From Eledone cirrhosa (lineage: Eukaryota), in the NCBI GenBank assembly GCA_964016885.1, contig OZ024743.1, forward strand, positions 193,378,001-193,442,000: DNA of 64,000 bases, in the 5' to 3' direction. The notes under the pieces were generated by a model. It saw only the letters and a list, made by a program, of their open reading frames with translations, was not told the DNA's origin and ran no database searches. Below, in pieces: positions 63,887 through 64,000 of this stretch. The translations under genes and the position numbers were made by a program. Each line of letters opens with the position of its first letter. The stretch's first letter is position 1.

Positions 63887-64000
63887 GCAGTGGATTAGCA
63901 GTATCGGTAGAGGGTTGGATGCCATGCTTTGCAGCATAGAATTACAGCCCTTTATGACCTGAGTTCAAATCCCACCAGGATTGAAAAAATAAAGCACCAG

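Overview
Eukaryotic, AT-rich, transposon-dense DNA. The SINE types, RTE LINEs, (CAT)n/(TA)n microsatellites and decayed C2H2 array suggest a coleoid cephalopod such as Octopus (inference). The first ~12 kb is a G/T-strand-biased satellite with internal inversions. It is followed by a 27-bp GCGCATGCGC array and a decayed Helitron. The only host gene is an ARMC3 orthologue on the + strand: nine coding exons from 29993 to 62956, continuing past the window, with a probable non-coding first exon near 23.4 kb. Its introns hold three RTE LINEs (a fourth lies upstream), Helitrons, CRE/CR1/piggyBac fragments, many tRNA-derived SINEs, a 49-bp TGACGTCA minisatellite and an antisense zinc-finger relic. 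The most notable signal, absent from the ORF track, is a set of unrelated Penelope-like element (PLE) relics. These include GIY-YIG C-termini and outward-pointing inverted repeats at (TA)n tracts, carrying type I hammerhead ribozyme folds with non-canonical cores (UUGAUAA, CUGAGAA, CUGAAGG) and palindromic stem III. All coordinates were read by eye.
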